Source of the DNA: Thelocarpon superellum
Taxonomy: Eukaryota
Direction of reading: 5' to 3'
Length of the DNA stretch: 51,714 nt
NCBI GenBank assembly: GCA_026025795.1
Contig: JAPEUG010000086.1
Span: 1 to 51,714 of the forward strand
Position numbers and translations under genes: made by a program. This document shows positions 20,647-33,610 of the stretch, piece by piece. The notes below the pieces were generated by a model, which was not told where the DNA came from, made no database searches, and worked only from the letters and a program-made list of their open reading frames with translations. Within the stretch, counting starts at the first letter, position 1. The number at the start of each line of letters is the position of its first letter.

Positions 20647-23101
20647 ATGTCGCTGCGTGATCAGGAGGCAAGCTCGTTCCCGCTGGATCTTGTCTTCAGC
20701 TGCGGCGTCTGCCTCGACCCGGTGACAAAGGTCTACGCGAATCGCCAGCACAACAGAGGATTCGGATCGTGTGACGAGCTTAGTCGGGGTGCCGTGGTCA
20801 AATTCTGGCTTACGGAGTGTGGTCACCTCACCTGCATTAAGCACCTCCAAGGCGGAGGTAAGTCAAGCAGACATCAAGCAGACAGACCTCATCAAACTGT
20901 CCCAACTACTGGCTGACGGAGATCTTTCCCATCAGGAATCCCATTTCATGCCGAGAACCAGCTACCTCGCGTGCCCTGCCCGGTTTGCAAAGACGATGGG
21001 GACGCCACTCGCGTCGTACGGCTCTATCCGATCTGCGGCACAGAAGAAGGATTCTACGACTCTCGAATTCCAAGGGACTACTTTACTCTGCTGCTTGAAG
21101 GACCCCGCGGGTGTGTGACGGGCTCCGAAGGGCTAAGGGTAAATACCCTTTACTGTCTCCGTCAGCTTTCTCTGACAGCGGTTAGTTTCAATATTTCACC
21201 CTTCTTCGAAATGCCAAGGTGGCCCGAGACAAGCTATTGCGAAAAATTCAGGAACAGGAACAGATCAAGCTGCAGCTGGAAACGGAACGAGCGCACTTCC
21301 ATCACCTCGAAGGCGAGAATGGTCATCTTCTATCCATCCTCGACGGACTTCAGGGCAAAGCACAAGATGCGCTGGAACGAGACAGGATTGACTTTTCTGG
21401 CATGGAACAGAATATCATACGCTCCCTCACCGAGTAAGCCGGATCAGCCTGGCTTTTTAGATATCTGAACTCACAGAACATAGCGAAAACAGGCTGCTAA
21501 GGTTTCAGCTCGACACTCTCCGTGGCCAGGGCCCGTTAGGATGGCGTGGTCCGGAAGATGCAGGACAAACGGGTGATGTATCAGGAAGGGCCGAATCACG
21601 GAGTAGTAGGGACGTACGACTGGGGCAAATTCTGGCAGACATGGAACTTAATCATCCGGCATGCCACCTTGGAGACGACGGACGAGGTTCAGTTGGACCG
21701 TCCCTCAAAGGTCATACCCCCGACCTCGCGGATCGACAAGATGCATCTTACACGCGCTCCACCGGGCAATCCGCGTCCTGGAAGTCCCGAATCGTTTCGA
21801 GAAAGAGGCACCCAGGCTCGGACGCAAGAGGGGCTCAAGATCCGAATAAAAGGGTACGAACCCAGAGGAGGGACGTTATGCCGCTGTCCCCCCTGCCACG
21901 TCCCAAGCCGTTCGCTATCTCCGGTGCAGTCAAGCGAAATGCCCAATCGGACCATTCCATCTGCAATCCGTACGACTCGCGAGTAAGGATTGCCCCTTCT
22001 TCGGAAACCGAGTACACATCTATCAACCCCACCTTCCCAACCATCGACTTGTGGTTTCACGGCAGGACAAGCGACGGAGCCCGGCTCGCGCACTTCCAGC
22101 CCAAGTCGTCAGCCGGCGCTTCGAGTGGAGATCAAGTCCACCGTTCACCATGTTGTCATCCAAGCGTCGACTGTAGCTTAGTGTCGCCTGTGCCATGCCG
22201 ATCTCGGGGCACCATCTTCACGACGTACAATAGCCGCGAAGGAGGACAAGGACGTTTGAATGTCGGTCAAGGTAGCTGGGAGGGAGCGAATCGGACCGAC
22301 GACTTGAAGGGCAATGAGATTTCAATTGGACGAACGCGCGTTTCCTTACCACCTCGGTTTAGCACGGCGATGAGTGCCCCGCCGGTTCATGACGGACTCC
22401 ATCATCTCTCTCGAATCTTTTCGCCCCAAACTTCGATGCAGCCGTCTCAATCATCGAAGGTGTCGACGGTGCGGGATTCAAGCACGAGCTGTTATCCCGT
22501 TCGACAACTTCACACGGGTGGACATGTTCTTGATACGCCATATAGTCGAGCGGAGTCGATCGTCAGTCCATTCTTTAAATCGAGCACTGCAACAACGGGA
22601 ACAAACCAGGAGATGGTGCGATCCGGGATTTCTTGCCACCAGGGTGTTGGAGCTTCATCCGATAGACTTTCCCAGCAGCAGCGGGATATGTCAAATGTAT
22701 CTGGGGGAAGGATGTCGCATGCAAATCAGCCAGAGCTACATCGTGTTCCTCGCGCTCCTCAGCCCCTGACGATCCAACAACAGGCGCAATACGTGCGTCA
22801 AGTGGAAGCACTCGAAGGCGTCAAAGACAACATTTCGCCCGCATTCAATTCCACCAAAAGCGTTCACGCCATTCCGGTGCCTTCCAAACTCAATCCAGCT
22901 TCTCATCAAGTCACCTTCAAGCGTCAAGCCCCCATGCACCAGCGTCAGTCTGCCTCAGAATCTCGCGCGTACCACCGATCTGGTCCCAAAGTCAGCACTG
23001 AGAATACAAACATGAATGTGCCCCACAACATTCAGACTCGAGGCTACGAAGCAAATGACGACCTTGTCTCCCGTTCGGGGAGGAGAGTTGCACGGCGGTA
23101 G
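20647..23101 (+). CDS. RING + coiled-coil + disordered-tail protein, Zip3/Cst9/RNF212-like meiotic E3
   Basis: Spliced RING FSCGVC...LTECGHLTCIKH...CPVC; coiled coil (KIQEQEQIKLQLETERAHFHHLEGENGHL); long S-rich tail. Introns 20858-20935, 21139-21185, 21434-21483 join in frame to ORF 21641-23101. Confidence 0.72.
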
Positions 23102-23447
23102 CGATCTGTTCTTCTGGCCTGACGATTCCTTTCAGCCGAATGACTGTCGGATGTGGTGGCCAGTCACGCGTTTTTGACTGACGGATCATTTTCGATTTCC
23201 TTGGCGGCCTCATTCCTCTCGTGTCGCGTTAATGTTGCTACAGATCGAGCTCAACCATACGATTCAAGTTGGCACGCAGGGATAACAAAGCGTATTCGAG
23301 GCGCCATTGTAAAACGATGAGTCTGAGATGATGTTACTGCCTACTTTACATAGGAGATGTTTTTGTGGTTGGTTTAGATGACTTTCATCGCTCTCTTCCG
23401 CATCTTCATCCTTCCCCCCTTGCGCATCTTACTCCTGACGCATTGAT

Positions 23448-24014
23448 CTAATCAAATGGGTTGGTGCGAGTTCCCCACCAGGTGAGGAACAAGCTGAGAC
23501 CAACAGTCTCGAAGACACGAGCCAGAGCTCCGACAGCGACGGTGTCGAGGGGACGTTGCTCGGTCGTAACTTGTGCGATGAACTACATGGTTTGTTAGTA
23601 AGGCATCGCGCGGAAGGATGGTAAATTGAAGCTTACCGCCGGAGCAGAGCTAGCCATGAAGATCAAGCTTCCGAGGTAGGCCGCACCCTTATAGCTCAGG
23701 GTACCCGTGGCATTGATGAGCGCTCCCACGCCATAGGACTGAATGGCGGAGCCCACGAGCGAAGTTCCCCACGCGGCGGCGGCCGAGGCATTCTCCTTGG
23801 ACTTGAGGAATTCCTCGGCCGAGTTGGCGCGTTGGGCTCGGTGGTAGGTGTCGCCAAAAACGGGGGCTAGTACGGCCAGTGAAGCCGTGTGGTTGAAGAT
23901 GGTGCCAAGGGCGATGGCCGACGGCTTCACGGGTGGGAGGTCTGGTGCAGACGTCATCAGTGCATGGCGTCACTATTAGACGAGTGGAGGGAACTCACAG
24001 TGCAGGGTGGCCAT
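23448..24014 (-). CDS. Small membrane protein (DUF1761-like)
   Basis: Spliced MATLHYLPPVKPSAIALGTIF...WWGTRTNPFD with several hydrophobic helices. Introns 23942-23998 and 23583-23636 (TACTAAC). Family name is from recall. Confidence 0.8.
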
Positions 24015-24895
24015 TGTGATAGGAGGCACTGGCTTTACTCAAACGACCTTTGTCGGATTGGATGGAGTGTAGGAGGTAGGGACGAGTGTGAGTAGATCCA
24101 GTTGATAGAATTGTGTAAGAGAGAAGGGGAAGTGGAAGGGTGGTATGGCTCTATATACTCTAGGCGAGCGCCTGAGTGAGGGGCGGGAGCAGAGCAAGTA
24201 ACCTACGCAACAGCGCGACCTAGGCCGAGGACAGCTGCCAAGGTCAGAGGTACGAGTATACTTGAATACCTGCCTGCCATCACGCTAGGTGGAAGTCGCC
24301 CGCTAGGACTCTTCTCTCCATTTCCGCCCACGTCTATTCGTTCGTTAGGCGATCGAGCCATGATGGCGTTCCCTTCCCAACCTTAACCAGTTGTGAAGAT
24401 GCCGCTGGCATGCGCTGTCGTGGTCACTTGGCCGGCGTAAGGTACGAAGCACTTGGACCCGCTGACTTGCAGCATCGCGCCGGTCGCAGTGTTGCAGTCA
24501 CTAGTACATGTACCTTCGGTACATACTCTGTGTATCCACCTCACCCTCATCTCAATTGAATGCACGCGTGCTCTTTGCCATGGCCAGAGCTCGTCCAGGA
24601 ACGGTGATGTAGGTGGGATCCACCGAGACCAACGCAGGTCGGCAAATGACGTCATGCCGTTGAGTTGGCTAGCGACAAAGCCACGGAGCGCGCTGCGAAA
24701 ATTGACGAGCTACGGCGAAGGTTCTCGTAAGAGATCTACTGTCTTCGCGGAAGACCCCGCGGTAGCAAACACGTCACCCTACGAGCTCGGCATCAACAGG
24801 TTCCATGGTCGTGTAATTGATCCACAGAGCCCACAGCTGCACCTATTTAATCGACTAGAACACCATCGATATCTTCTGCTGCTTCTTGACCGGAA

Positions 24896-25778
24896 ATGGA
24901 AGCACAAGTTCAACGACTGGTCGAGAAGACATGGGGTGCGGATACTTCATTCTCAATCACGACGAACCCCACTTCACCAACCCCTCCCAACTCTGACCAT
25001 GTGCAGAGAAATATCAGCAGACGCCGCCATCTCAACGGCTCCTCATCGCCATCTCAGGAATCCCTGGCTCAGGTGAGCAAACGCGGACTCTGACACGGCC
25101 AAATTAACACATGTGTCAGGCAAAACAACCTTGGCCATTACCGTTGCCCAGCGACTGAACCAGCGGCAGTTGCAGGAGCAGGAAGTTCTCCCCTCTGACT
25201 TTAACCCTCCCCCACCCATCGCGGCTGCCGTTCCCATGGACGGGTATCATCTCTCCCGAGCCCAGCTGTCGGCGATGCCCGATCCGCGCACCGCCCACGC
25301 CCGCCGTGGGGCAGCCTTTACGTTCAACGGGCAAGCCTTCCTGATCCTTGTGCAGCAGCTGCGGGAGCCCATCCACGCTACAAGCGGGACCTTGTACGCG
25401 CCCAGCTTCGATCACGCGCTCAAGGATCCAGTGGCCGATGACATTGCCATTCCGGCAACCTCGCGGATCCTGCTGTTCGAAGGCAATTACCTCTCGTTGA
25501 GCAAGACGCCGTGGAAAGAAGCCGCGGCGCTGATGGACGAGCTCTGGTTCGTCGAGGTGGATTTCGAGGTCGCGCGCCAGCGCCTCGTGCGTCGTCACGT
25601 CAAGGCCGGCATTGCCCCCGATCTGGCCGCCGCTCACGTCCGCGTGACAGAAAGCGACCTAGTCAATGGCCAGGAGATCGTCAACCACCGCTTGCAGCAG
25701 ATACATGAGATGATCGTCAGTCAGGACGACGAGATGTGGAGGCCCGAGTACCAGGGTTCGGCGTTGGTGGGGGTCTAG
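24896..25778 (+). CDS. YFH7: P-loop kinase, Yfh7/phosphoribulokinase-uridine kinase family
   Basis: Spliced IAISGIPGSGKTT (Walker A), PMDGYH, ARRGAAFTF, APSFDHALKDP, EGNYL. Introns 24936-25006 and 25073-25119. Confidence 0.87.
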
Positions 25779-26440
25779 ATATGAAATTGTCACGAGAAGT
25801 GATACCACCCAAAATGATACCGAAAATTCAACCATTCGACTATATTTTATTCCTGTTGATATATTTGCCCTGTGGACCTCACTAGCGATCTATCAACACC
25901 TCGCTGGCTTGTACCAGCCTCCCAAACCCTACCCCATAGTCTGTGTGAGGCGTGAGGATGAAGATGATACTTGGCAATATCAAACCCTAGTCGCTATACG
26001 AGTGACGCTTTTTGTACAAATATGCAAAGGGTCTGATATCAATATCACCCGCCAACCCACACATGCGGTTGGACAATTGATCGTTCGAATCGTCACTTCG
26101 ACGTGGCTTGACTATTGGACTGCAGTGTTTTCACGTAAGATCGGACGATCCAGAGGATTTTCGGTGTGGTCGGTGAGAGTTCTGCTTTTAGAGCTGGCGC
26201 AAATCGAAGTAGGATCTGGAGCGGAAGGACTGGTCACTACTCTAGAGGGATGTATCACCACTACTCTGACTTCCGATGCTGCACGATGGAGCGGAACAAT
26301 CTAGTTGGATTCTTGCGTCGTATCACTACCACGACTCGACCGTTGAGGAATGCGGCAGATCCAAGAGCACGTGCCGGATCGCTCCAACCTAGATGCCCCG
26401 TCGCCAGTGCTACTGTACTCAGCTACCGCAAGCGTTGATT

Positions 26441-28941
26441 TTAGGAGCGAGCGGTGGCGATGGCAGGAGCTGTGAACGAAAGATGGTCGAGTTGTTTGTC
26501 CCACGCATCCTGTCGATGATTAGCACTCGAGATTTGGTGGACAAGCAGTCAGATAATCCCTGGGCATGAGGAAGAAACCGTCGAGGGTAACTTGTATGAA
26601 AAACCTACCCAGTTGATGCCGCCTGGCATTTGCAGCATGTCTTCCCAGGTCATGCCTGTATTCACGTCTGCGTTACCAACGCAATCTTGGTCGTTAGAAA
26701 CATCACCGGTGGCCACTCCATCGTTGGAATGGGTTTGGCAACCACGGCCAGCCATGGGCGACGTTGGTGTGTTCAGCGCCATCGAACGGAACAGGGGGAT
26801 TGATGAAGGAGAAGCGATGGGGGGCCGCCATGGCTGGCGATTACTTTCATGCGCATTCCGCAGCACGACCGCCAAAGCATCGGCCACCTTGCGTGCTTCG
26901 TGGGACTGGGCGCTTTCCGCACACCAGATCTGATGCGACCTTTTCAAGACGTCGAGCAGGTGCTCCCTTTGCGTCCCACCGTCTTCCTCGCCGATATTAG
27001 ACAGCTCTAGGCAGACGATCATGGCCGCCGTCAGGAAAAAGTGGCTGGTGAAGGAGGTGATGTACCCGCTTTCGCGAGAGAGCTGGCCTCCTGGTTGCAG
27101 CTCAGCGTGTAGCATGGCTTGATGCTGGAGGAGCCTCATGGCGGCTTCGATGCAGACGCTTCGCGAGTAGGCATATCGGTGGCGAGACTGTGACTCACTC
27201 AGATATCGTCGATGGAGAGCACAGCGGGCATTCTGAAAGCCGAATTCAAGGTAAAGACGCTTGATAATCAACTCCGGAGGGTCGGCGATGGATTGGTCCA
27301 TGCTGCGCATGCGTAGATAAGGGGGTATCGCATGCCGCGCTTCCTGTAATTGTTGGTCGAGCGCAAGGACATTGTCGTACGGAGACGGAGCGATCGTTGC
27401 AAGATGCTCGACGATTCTTCGATACACGCGCATGATGCCGTCTTTGACGATCACAAAGGCCACAGGCGTAGGATCCGTCAGAGGTCGAGCAGGCGGCAGC
27501 TCCGACATGTCCTCGTGCATGTCATCGTCTAACAGATTGCGGGGCAGTCGGGTGTCGCTCTGTTCCGCGCGAACGAGGCTGGGAAGGCCATTCTGGCTTG
27601 CGAACATCATGTCGGTGTGACAGACCAGGGTCCACATCCTTCGCCGCATCTCCGCCTGGAAGGGTGAGATATGGGGAGAATGACATGGATCTCGGTGATA
27701 GCCCATCCTCAGGGCCAAGCGGATCACCATGCCCATCGTGACAAAGATGCCTGGCTGCGCGTCGTTGCTCTGGGCGTACTCCCCGTGAAGATAAATAAGC
27801 ATGGCTTCCAGCGTGTGAGGAACTAGGCTCGTGTAGTCGGCGAGGATCAGACACTGCACGGTCCGCCGCCGAAATGTCTCCGCAGCCTGCTCGGCTTGCT
27901 GGAGAGGTTCGGGAAGGGCATCTCCGCTGCGCCGACACAGCAATACGGCCATGGAAAACATAGCCAACAGCTGACCGATCCACATGGTGGGTGTGGACCA
28001 CGGATCTTGCCAGAAAGCCTCGTACTACCGACGATGGTCAGTGATCCTGACCAACGTTCGTTGGCCGGACGATGCTCACCTGTCGCTGAAAGGTGGGGAC
28101 GTGTATGGCAGCTGATATGTTAGCCTCATCTGGCATTGAGCATGACAAGACCTACCGACCGCAGATTCCTTGGAGTTAAAGTAGCGTGAGAGAAGTCGAT
28201 CAGCGACATCCCGGTCCGGGACTGAGGACAGTATCTCGGCCTTGGTGGTGGATCTCGAAGGGTCGATGAGAAGCGAAGGGCCAGCACAATCGTTTGGGGG
28301 GTCCTCTACCGAGTCGTTCTCTCCGTCGAAATAGTCCTTGACTCTGGTGATGTGATCAAGGATCGCCGCCCAGTGCTCGGCTCCCACATAACTTGTTTCT
28401 CTATCATCTATGCGAATTCGACCAAACGGACCTGACAAGATCTCTGGGACTGAGTCTCGACCCCCTCCTCCGGCTCCGATGTGGTCGTATGGCCTCGTCG
28501 TCTCCTGGCCCGTTGGCCCCGAAGCGGATGGGGATGTATGCCCTAGGAATGGCCCATTGTGTTCTTTGTGAACGGTCTGCTCGGTCATCAATGTGAAGAC
28601 CAGATTCTCCAAACTTTGGATCTGTTCCTTCATGACGGTGGCATCCGGTGCCCGTCGTCGCCGATCTGATTTCGGCGGTAGAGTGGCATACTGACAATCA
28701 ACATGGGCTCGCTTTCTGCAGTTTTGACATGGTTGTGTGCGATCACATCTGAGCCTAGACGAGGAAGATCAGCCATGACCTCCCCGAAACATGATGGCGT
28801 TCTGGCATACTTTCGACCTCGACAAAAGGTGCATGTTACAGGAACTCGATTTCTCTTCATCCGGCCGTCCTCAGGAGCTGTCGATGGCGCTGCTTCCGCT
28901 GTGCCTTCGGACGAGACGGACAAGCGGCAAGGCGCTGACAT
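26441..28941 (-). CDS. Zn(II)2Cys6 transcription factor with a fungal-specific TF (middle homology) domain
   Basis: Spliced RVPVTCTFCRGRKLRCDRTQPCQNCRKRAHVDCQYA; YVGAEHWAAILD; LALRMGYHRDP...EMRRRMW; DTRLPRNL. Introns 28755-28810, 28112-28155, 28025-28079, 26510-26608; stop TAA 26441-26443. Start uncertain. Confidence 0.9.
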
Positions 28942-29261
28942 TGCCACGGACCAAACGCGAAGATGCAAAGACACCAGCAAAGACGGAGCCGGAACAGGAG
29001 CGACGAGCTCAATCTACGGAAAGATGGCGAGGCACGGGACAAGTGGTGGGCGGATCCCTTGGTACGCCTACCCTCCCGATCAAGGAGCGGCGGGTCTGCT
29101 GACATTTCTCAGATTTGTTTGAAAGCAATTATTGAGACGGAGATATGGAGCGTCGCCCTTCTCATCGCCCGCGGACGACCTGCGAGTGACGGCATAGATT
29201 GGCGGAGTTTGTGCTCGGATGCCAAAGTCCGTTTCTGCCCAAACCCAAGTCGGTTAGTCTA

Positions 29262-29642
29262 TTCGTCCCTCAGTCGGTTCGTCCGTCAGTCGGACGCTGC
29301 TGAACTTCGCGAGTCCGGCAGTCCTGCGTGACTACTACTAGTAGTGATGTAGGAATCAGAGCTGAATTGCTAATCTACGCGTAGTCTGGGATAGTAAAAG
29401 GAGGGGGCACGTGACCAGATCACGTGCGCGCTCCTACAGTAGTAGTATTAATCACGGAGAACTGCCGGACTAGTAGTCCGCACATCAGTAACTCCGCCAT
29501 TGCATCAAATGTGCACATCTGTTTGCCGGCCTGGCAGGCGGATCATGACTAGAGCCAGAGCGGGTCATCGAAGGATGCACGGTCTTCCAGATGCGGCGGA
29601 CTTTACGAGTCCAAAGCTCCGTCTACAGTATAAAAGACGGAG
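29262..29642. promoter_or_regulatory. Bidirectional TF/reductase promoter with CGG/CCG palindromes, paired E-boxes and a TATA box
   Basis: 16-nt tandem repeat 29262-29293; CGTCCG-N5-CGGACG 29280-29296; GCACGTGA-N5-TCACGTGC 29407-29427; CGGACT-AGT-AGTCCG 29466-29480; TATAAAA 29629-29635. Confidence 0.6.
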
Positions 29643-29763
29643 GTTTACCTTTGGGTAAATCGATGTCTGGTTCAATGTCATCTCCTCCCGATCCCCTTGA
29701 TTCCTGACACCCCACATCCTGTACAACTTGTTCCACTCTTCGCACAGATTCCAGACCGTACCA

Positions 29764-30802
29764 ATGTCTTCCAGCAATTACATCGAAAAGGTTGCCATAG
29801 TTGGGGTGCGTTCCGAGACATCCCTGGATGATCTCTTTCTGTTGGTCCCTGCTAACCCGGGTACTGTAGGCCGGCGGTAACAGCGGCAAACACATGGCAG
29901 AAGCTCTGCTCAAAACCGGCAAGCATACTGTCACCGCCATCACCCGATTCGGCAGCGACAGTCAGCTGCCAGAAGGCGTCGAGGTGAAGCAGGTTGACTA
30001 CAACATCCAGTCATCGCTCGTGGAGGCTCTTCAAGGCCAAGACGCTCTGATCATTACCATGGCCGTAATGGCGGCCCCAGATCAGCATTCAAAGCTCGTC
30101 CAGGCGGCTGCAGACGCAGGCGTGCCATGGGTACTCCCGAACGACTGGAGTCCAGACACTGCCAATGAGGGACTGGTGAAAGATGTGGCGCCGTTTCAAA
30201 AACAGCCGCAGCAACGCGACCTTATAGCGAAGCTGGGAAAGAGTTCCTTCATCGCCGTCGCGACTGGCTTCTGGTACGAATGGAGCCTTGCGATCCCGGC
30301 TGCCTACGGTTTCGATTTTGCGAACCGAGCCGTCACGCTTTTCGACGACGGCGAGGCCAAGATCAGCACCTCCACCTGGCCGCAAGTCGGCCGCGCTGTC
30401 GCCGGCCTACTGAGCCTCCCAGTTCACCCCGAGGGAAACGACAAGGACCGATGTCTTGATCGATTCAGGAACAGCCTGGTGTATGTGGCGTCCTTCACAG
30501 TCAGCCAGAACGACATGCTGGCCTCGGTCCTCCGGGCGACCCAGACTAGCCTCGATGACTGGAAGGTGACCAAGGAGTCTTCCACCGAGCGTTACAAGGG
30601 AGGCATCGAGGCGATGCAGAAAGGAGATCGGACGGGATTCGCAAAGATGATGTATACGAGGGTGTTCTTCCCTGACGACTGTGGCAACCACGAGAAGACC
30701 AGAGGGACCATCAACAACCTGTTGGGACTCCCCAAGGAGAACATCGACGAGGCTACGAAAGCAGCGATCCAACGATCAAAGGAGATGAAGTGGGGCCATT
30801 GA
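29764..30802 (+). CDS. NmrA/isoflavone-reductase-like (CipA-like) NAD(P)-binding oxidoreductase
   Basis: Spliced KVAIVGAGGNSG Rossmann motif, VTAITR, AAADAGVPWVLPNDW, TGFWYEWSL, STSTWPQVGRAVA. Intron 29806-29869. Confidence 0.9.
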
Positions 30803-31590
30803 ACACGGGCGCAGGTCAAAGGACAAGTCACAGGAGAAGACAGTTGGAGCAGCGTGATAATATACGTAGGCAAAGATATACTGGGACGATACATAGTTCT
30901 GCTCATTCGTTTAATCGGTCGGTCCATCCGTTCTTTTCCATTTCTTCTTAGTCTACCGAGTAGGTGCCACGTCATGTCATGTCATGTCCCGTCGGCTTAT
31001 GCTACAGAAAGAGCGTAAAGCAGACCAGAGCAGACCAGAGCGGAAGACAGTGGGACCGAACAAGGGAGGCGGAATGGAAGCCTTGGACACGCAAGCCACA
31101 CCAGGCGAAGCCAAGTCAGGAAGAGACGAAGAAAGTAGAAGAACATGCCCCGAGCTATGTATGCATCCGTCCATGAATCCACTTGGGAATCCATCCATCG
31201 ATCCATCGATCCATCCGCTCATTGCCCACGCACGCCAGATGAACATGAAGAAAGGGTAAGTGGAAGAGAAACAATCAAGACGCATTTCGCACGCTTTTAC
31301 GCTCTTTTCCCTCCTTCTTTCCTTCCCTGGACTTTTGGTTTTCTTTTGCTTGGACCTTCATTGTGCAGTGCGCGTAAGGGTATGCGCGTGCGCGTGCGTG
31401 CGTGCTTGGTTTGGATTGGGTTTGATTGGCGTGAGCCTATCGCCTCTGATGCTGCTGATGCTGTATTGGAGTCCGAGGTAGGGCCGCGTGTGGGCGAGTG
31501 GCAAGGTGAGATGGTGCGCAGACCGAGCGTGTTTGAAGCTTGATTGCGTGCTGGTAGAGTACGAAGCAGGACCCGTACAACGTCACCGTC

Positions 31591-33278
31591 TCACAGCCTC
31601 TCACGCTCAAGACGATCGACTCTCGCGGAGAGATTACGACTGAGGCCCGCCCCGGCCCACCAATCATCAGGGATATCCTGACGACGAGCCATGCGGTTCA
31701 AGATCCGTTGCATGTCTTGCAGGTTGTGCTGGTCGTCTCGGAGATCGAGCTGAGGCGGCTCGTCGCCGTCTGGGGCGTAATCGGGCCCATGTTCATGCTC
31801 GTCGCGGGCATGGACGTCGTCGTTGTTGTCATGGTCATCGTTGAATCCGCGGAGGCGCAAGTGTCGCGTGCGGATTCGTTGGTCCGGGTGCGCGGGGTCA
31901 GGCCCGACGGTTTCAAAGACGTCAAAGTTGGCGTACGGGCCAGCGCGTTGGTCATCGTCGTCGTCGATCTCCGAGTCTTCCTCCGAGTCGGTCTCGAGGT
32001 GTATCGGATCGTCGCATACCTGCGGGTGCTCGGAGTCGGAGGGGACTGTGAGTGAGGTGGAGGTGGAGGCGGAATTGCCGAGGGACTGTGAGGCGAGTGA
32101 GGTGGCGGATGCAGAGGCCGTGGCGGAGGTAAAGGAGGAAGAGGCGCTCGGGAGGTGCTGGTCCGGCGCGATGGTGCTGATGATGTTGTCCCACGGGTCG
32201 TCAGTGGGACTCATACTGCGCTCGCGGTCGCCGAGCCCGTCCATCGCGCCGTCTTGCATCTGGGGCCGGTCGCGCCCCGACAAGGCCGGTCGCACGTTGG
32301 GGATGCTGCGGCGGCCCATCCGCCGGAGCGGTGGGAGCTCACTGAGATCGATGTTACCGCCTGATGTCTCCTCTGGGCTCGGCTGTTGCCGGGGTGGATC
32401 GACCGACGTCTCGTCGAATCGATGGGCCGGCGCGAACCGAGGCGAGTAAGAGGCGAAGCCCACTCGTCCGTTTCCGTTTCCGTTTCCACTTTCACTTCTG
32501 GTGTTGATGCTTTGCGACGGTGGCCGGACCGCGCCCTCGCCGGGAGAGTACGGGGGCGGGGTCGGCGCGTACCGCCCGCGCATTGCCTCAATCCGCGCGT
32601 TCTCCTCTTCGAATCGCTCCCAAGCATCGTAGAAGGGAGCGTCGGCGCCGCTTGCGCGGAGCATGTCGGGATGGATCATCGACGTGGGAAAGTCGCGGCT
32701 TGCAAACCGCAGGTTCTCCCGCAGCAAGCGTCCGGGACGTTCATAGCTCAGCGCATCGCGCAGTAGTGCCCGCCCGTTCTCCATCCGTCGGCGATCCGAG
32801 GCCTCGCGGTGGGCATGGTCGGCCTCGACTTCAGCCTGAGTCTCGCTCTCCAAGGGTTGGGAACGAAAAACTTCGCGACGGACGCCATCGGGGACGTGGA
32901 GTGTGCGGGGGGGAGGGCCCGGTGAGTCGCGGGTGGAGGATAACCGATTCGTGGAAGCGTTACTGCGGACGCGCGGGTACCGCACCGCGCGAGACCGACG
33001 AATACTGGAGCGCGCCACGGCCGAGGGGTCGACCATTGTCTTGGATTCGACCACGACCACGGGCTCTCGGAAAACTCTGTGATGAGATGTCCCGTCAGCG
33101 TGCACGATCGACGACGACGACGACGACGACGACGATGATGATGATGTTAATCATTGCGGCGGCCGGCGCGATGCGAGGCGCCGGCCAGCGCCGGGCGCAG
33201 GAACACGCGAGCGACCGAATGACTCGCAAGGCGAGGGGTGCCACAGGGAGTGAGCGAGGCAACTTACGGCAAGCCCAT
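31591..33278 (-). CDS. Fungal hypothetical disordered protein
   Basis: An 11-nt first exon (ATG 33278) plus a 191-nt intron 33077-33267 (GTAAGT...GCTGAC...CAG) gives MGLPVFREP...ARSSIRR. Motif-like blocks DGLGDRERSMSP, PSASSSFTS, RQDIPDDWWAGAGL. Confidence 0.82.
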
Positions 33279-33565
33279 CGTGGTGCTGCAGGCGAGACGG
33301 ACCCGCGACGTCACAGAGGAGGAATGGACGATGAGGAAGATCGCGATGGGCGCGATGAGGATGATGGACGAGAGGGAGCGAGAGGATGGGTTAGTGATCG
33401 TGATGGTTGAGGCTCGCCAGTTGGCTGGTCGCTTGGTGTTTCACCCTGGGAAGTTCAAGCGACCAGGCAGATTGATTGAGTATAGACGCCGCCGCTGCCC
33501 TGCCACTTCGCATCTCGCCCTGCGGCGGCGCGGCTTACCGGAAAGGGGAGCCCCCCCATATTTGG

Positions 33566-33610
33566 CCCACGCTCCCACGCTCCCACGCTCCCACGCTCCC
33601 ACGCTTCCAC
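33566..33610. repeat. (CCCACGCT)n 8-mer tandem repeat in a divergent promoter
   Basis: About 5 copies between the hypothetical gene and FOL3. Confidence 0.8.

Noticed and set aside
21983..22065. Possible extra intron in the Zip3-like tail (GTAAGG...GGCAG)
   Set aside because: No good branch site, and removal would break an otherwise open frame.
25955..26040. Possible box C/D snoRNA (ATGAAGA...CTGA) with short 18S-like complementarity
   Set aside because: Box C is imperfect, there is no terminal stem, and the matches are 9 nt or shorter and not positioned next to a D/D' box.
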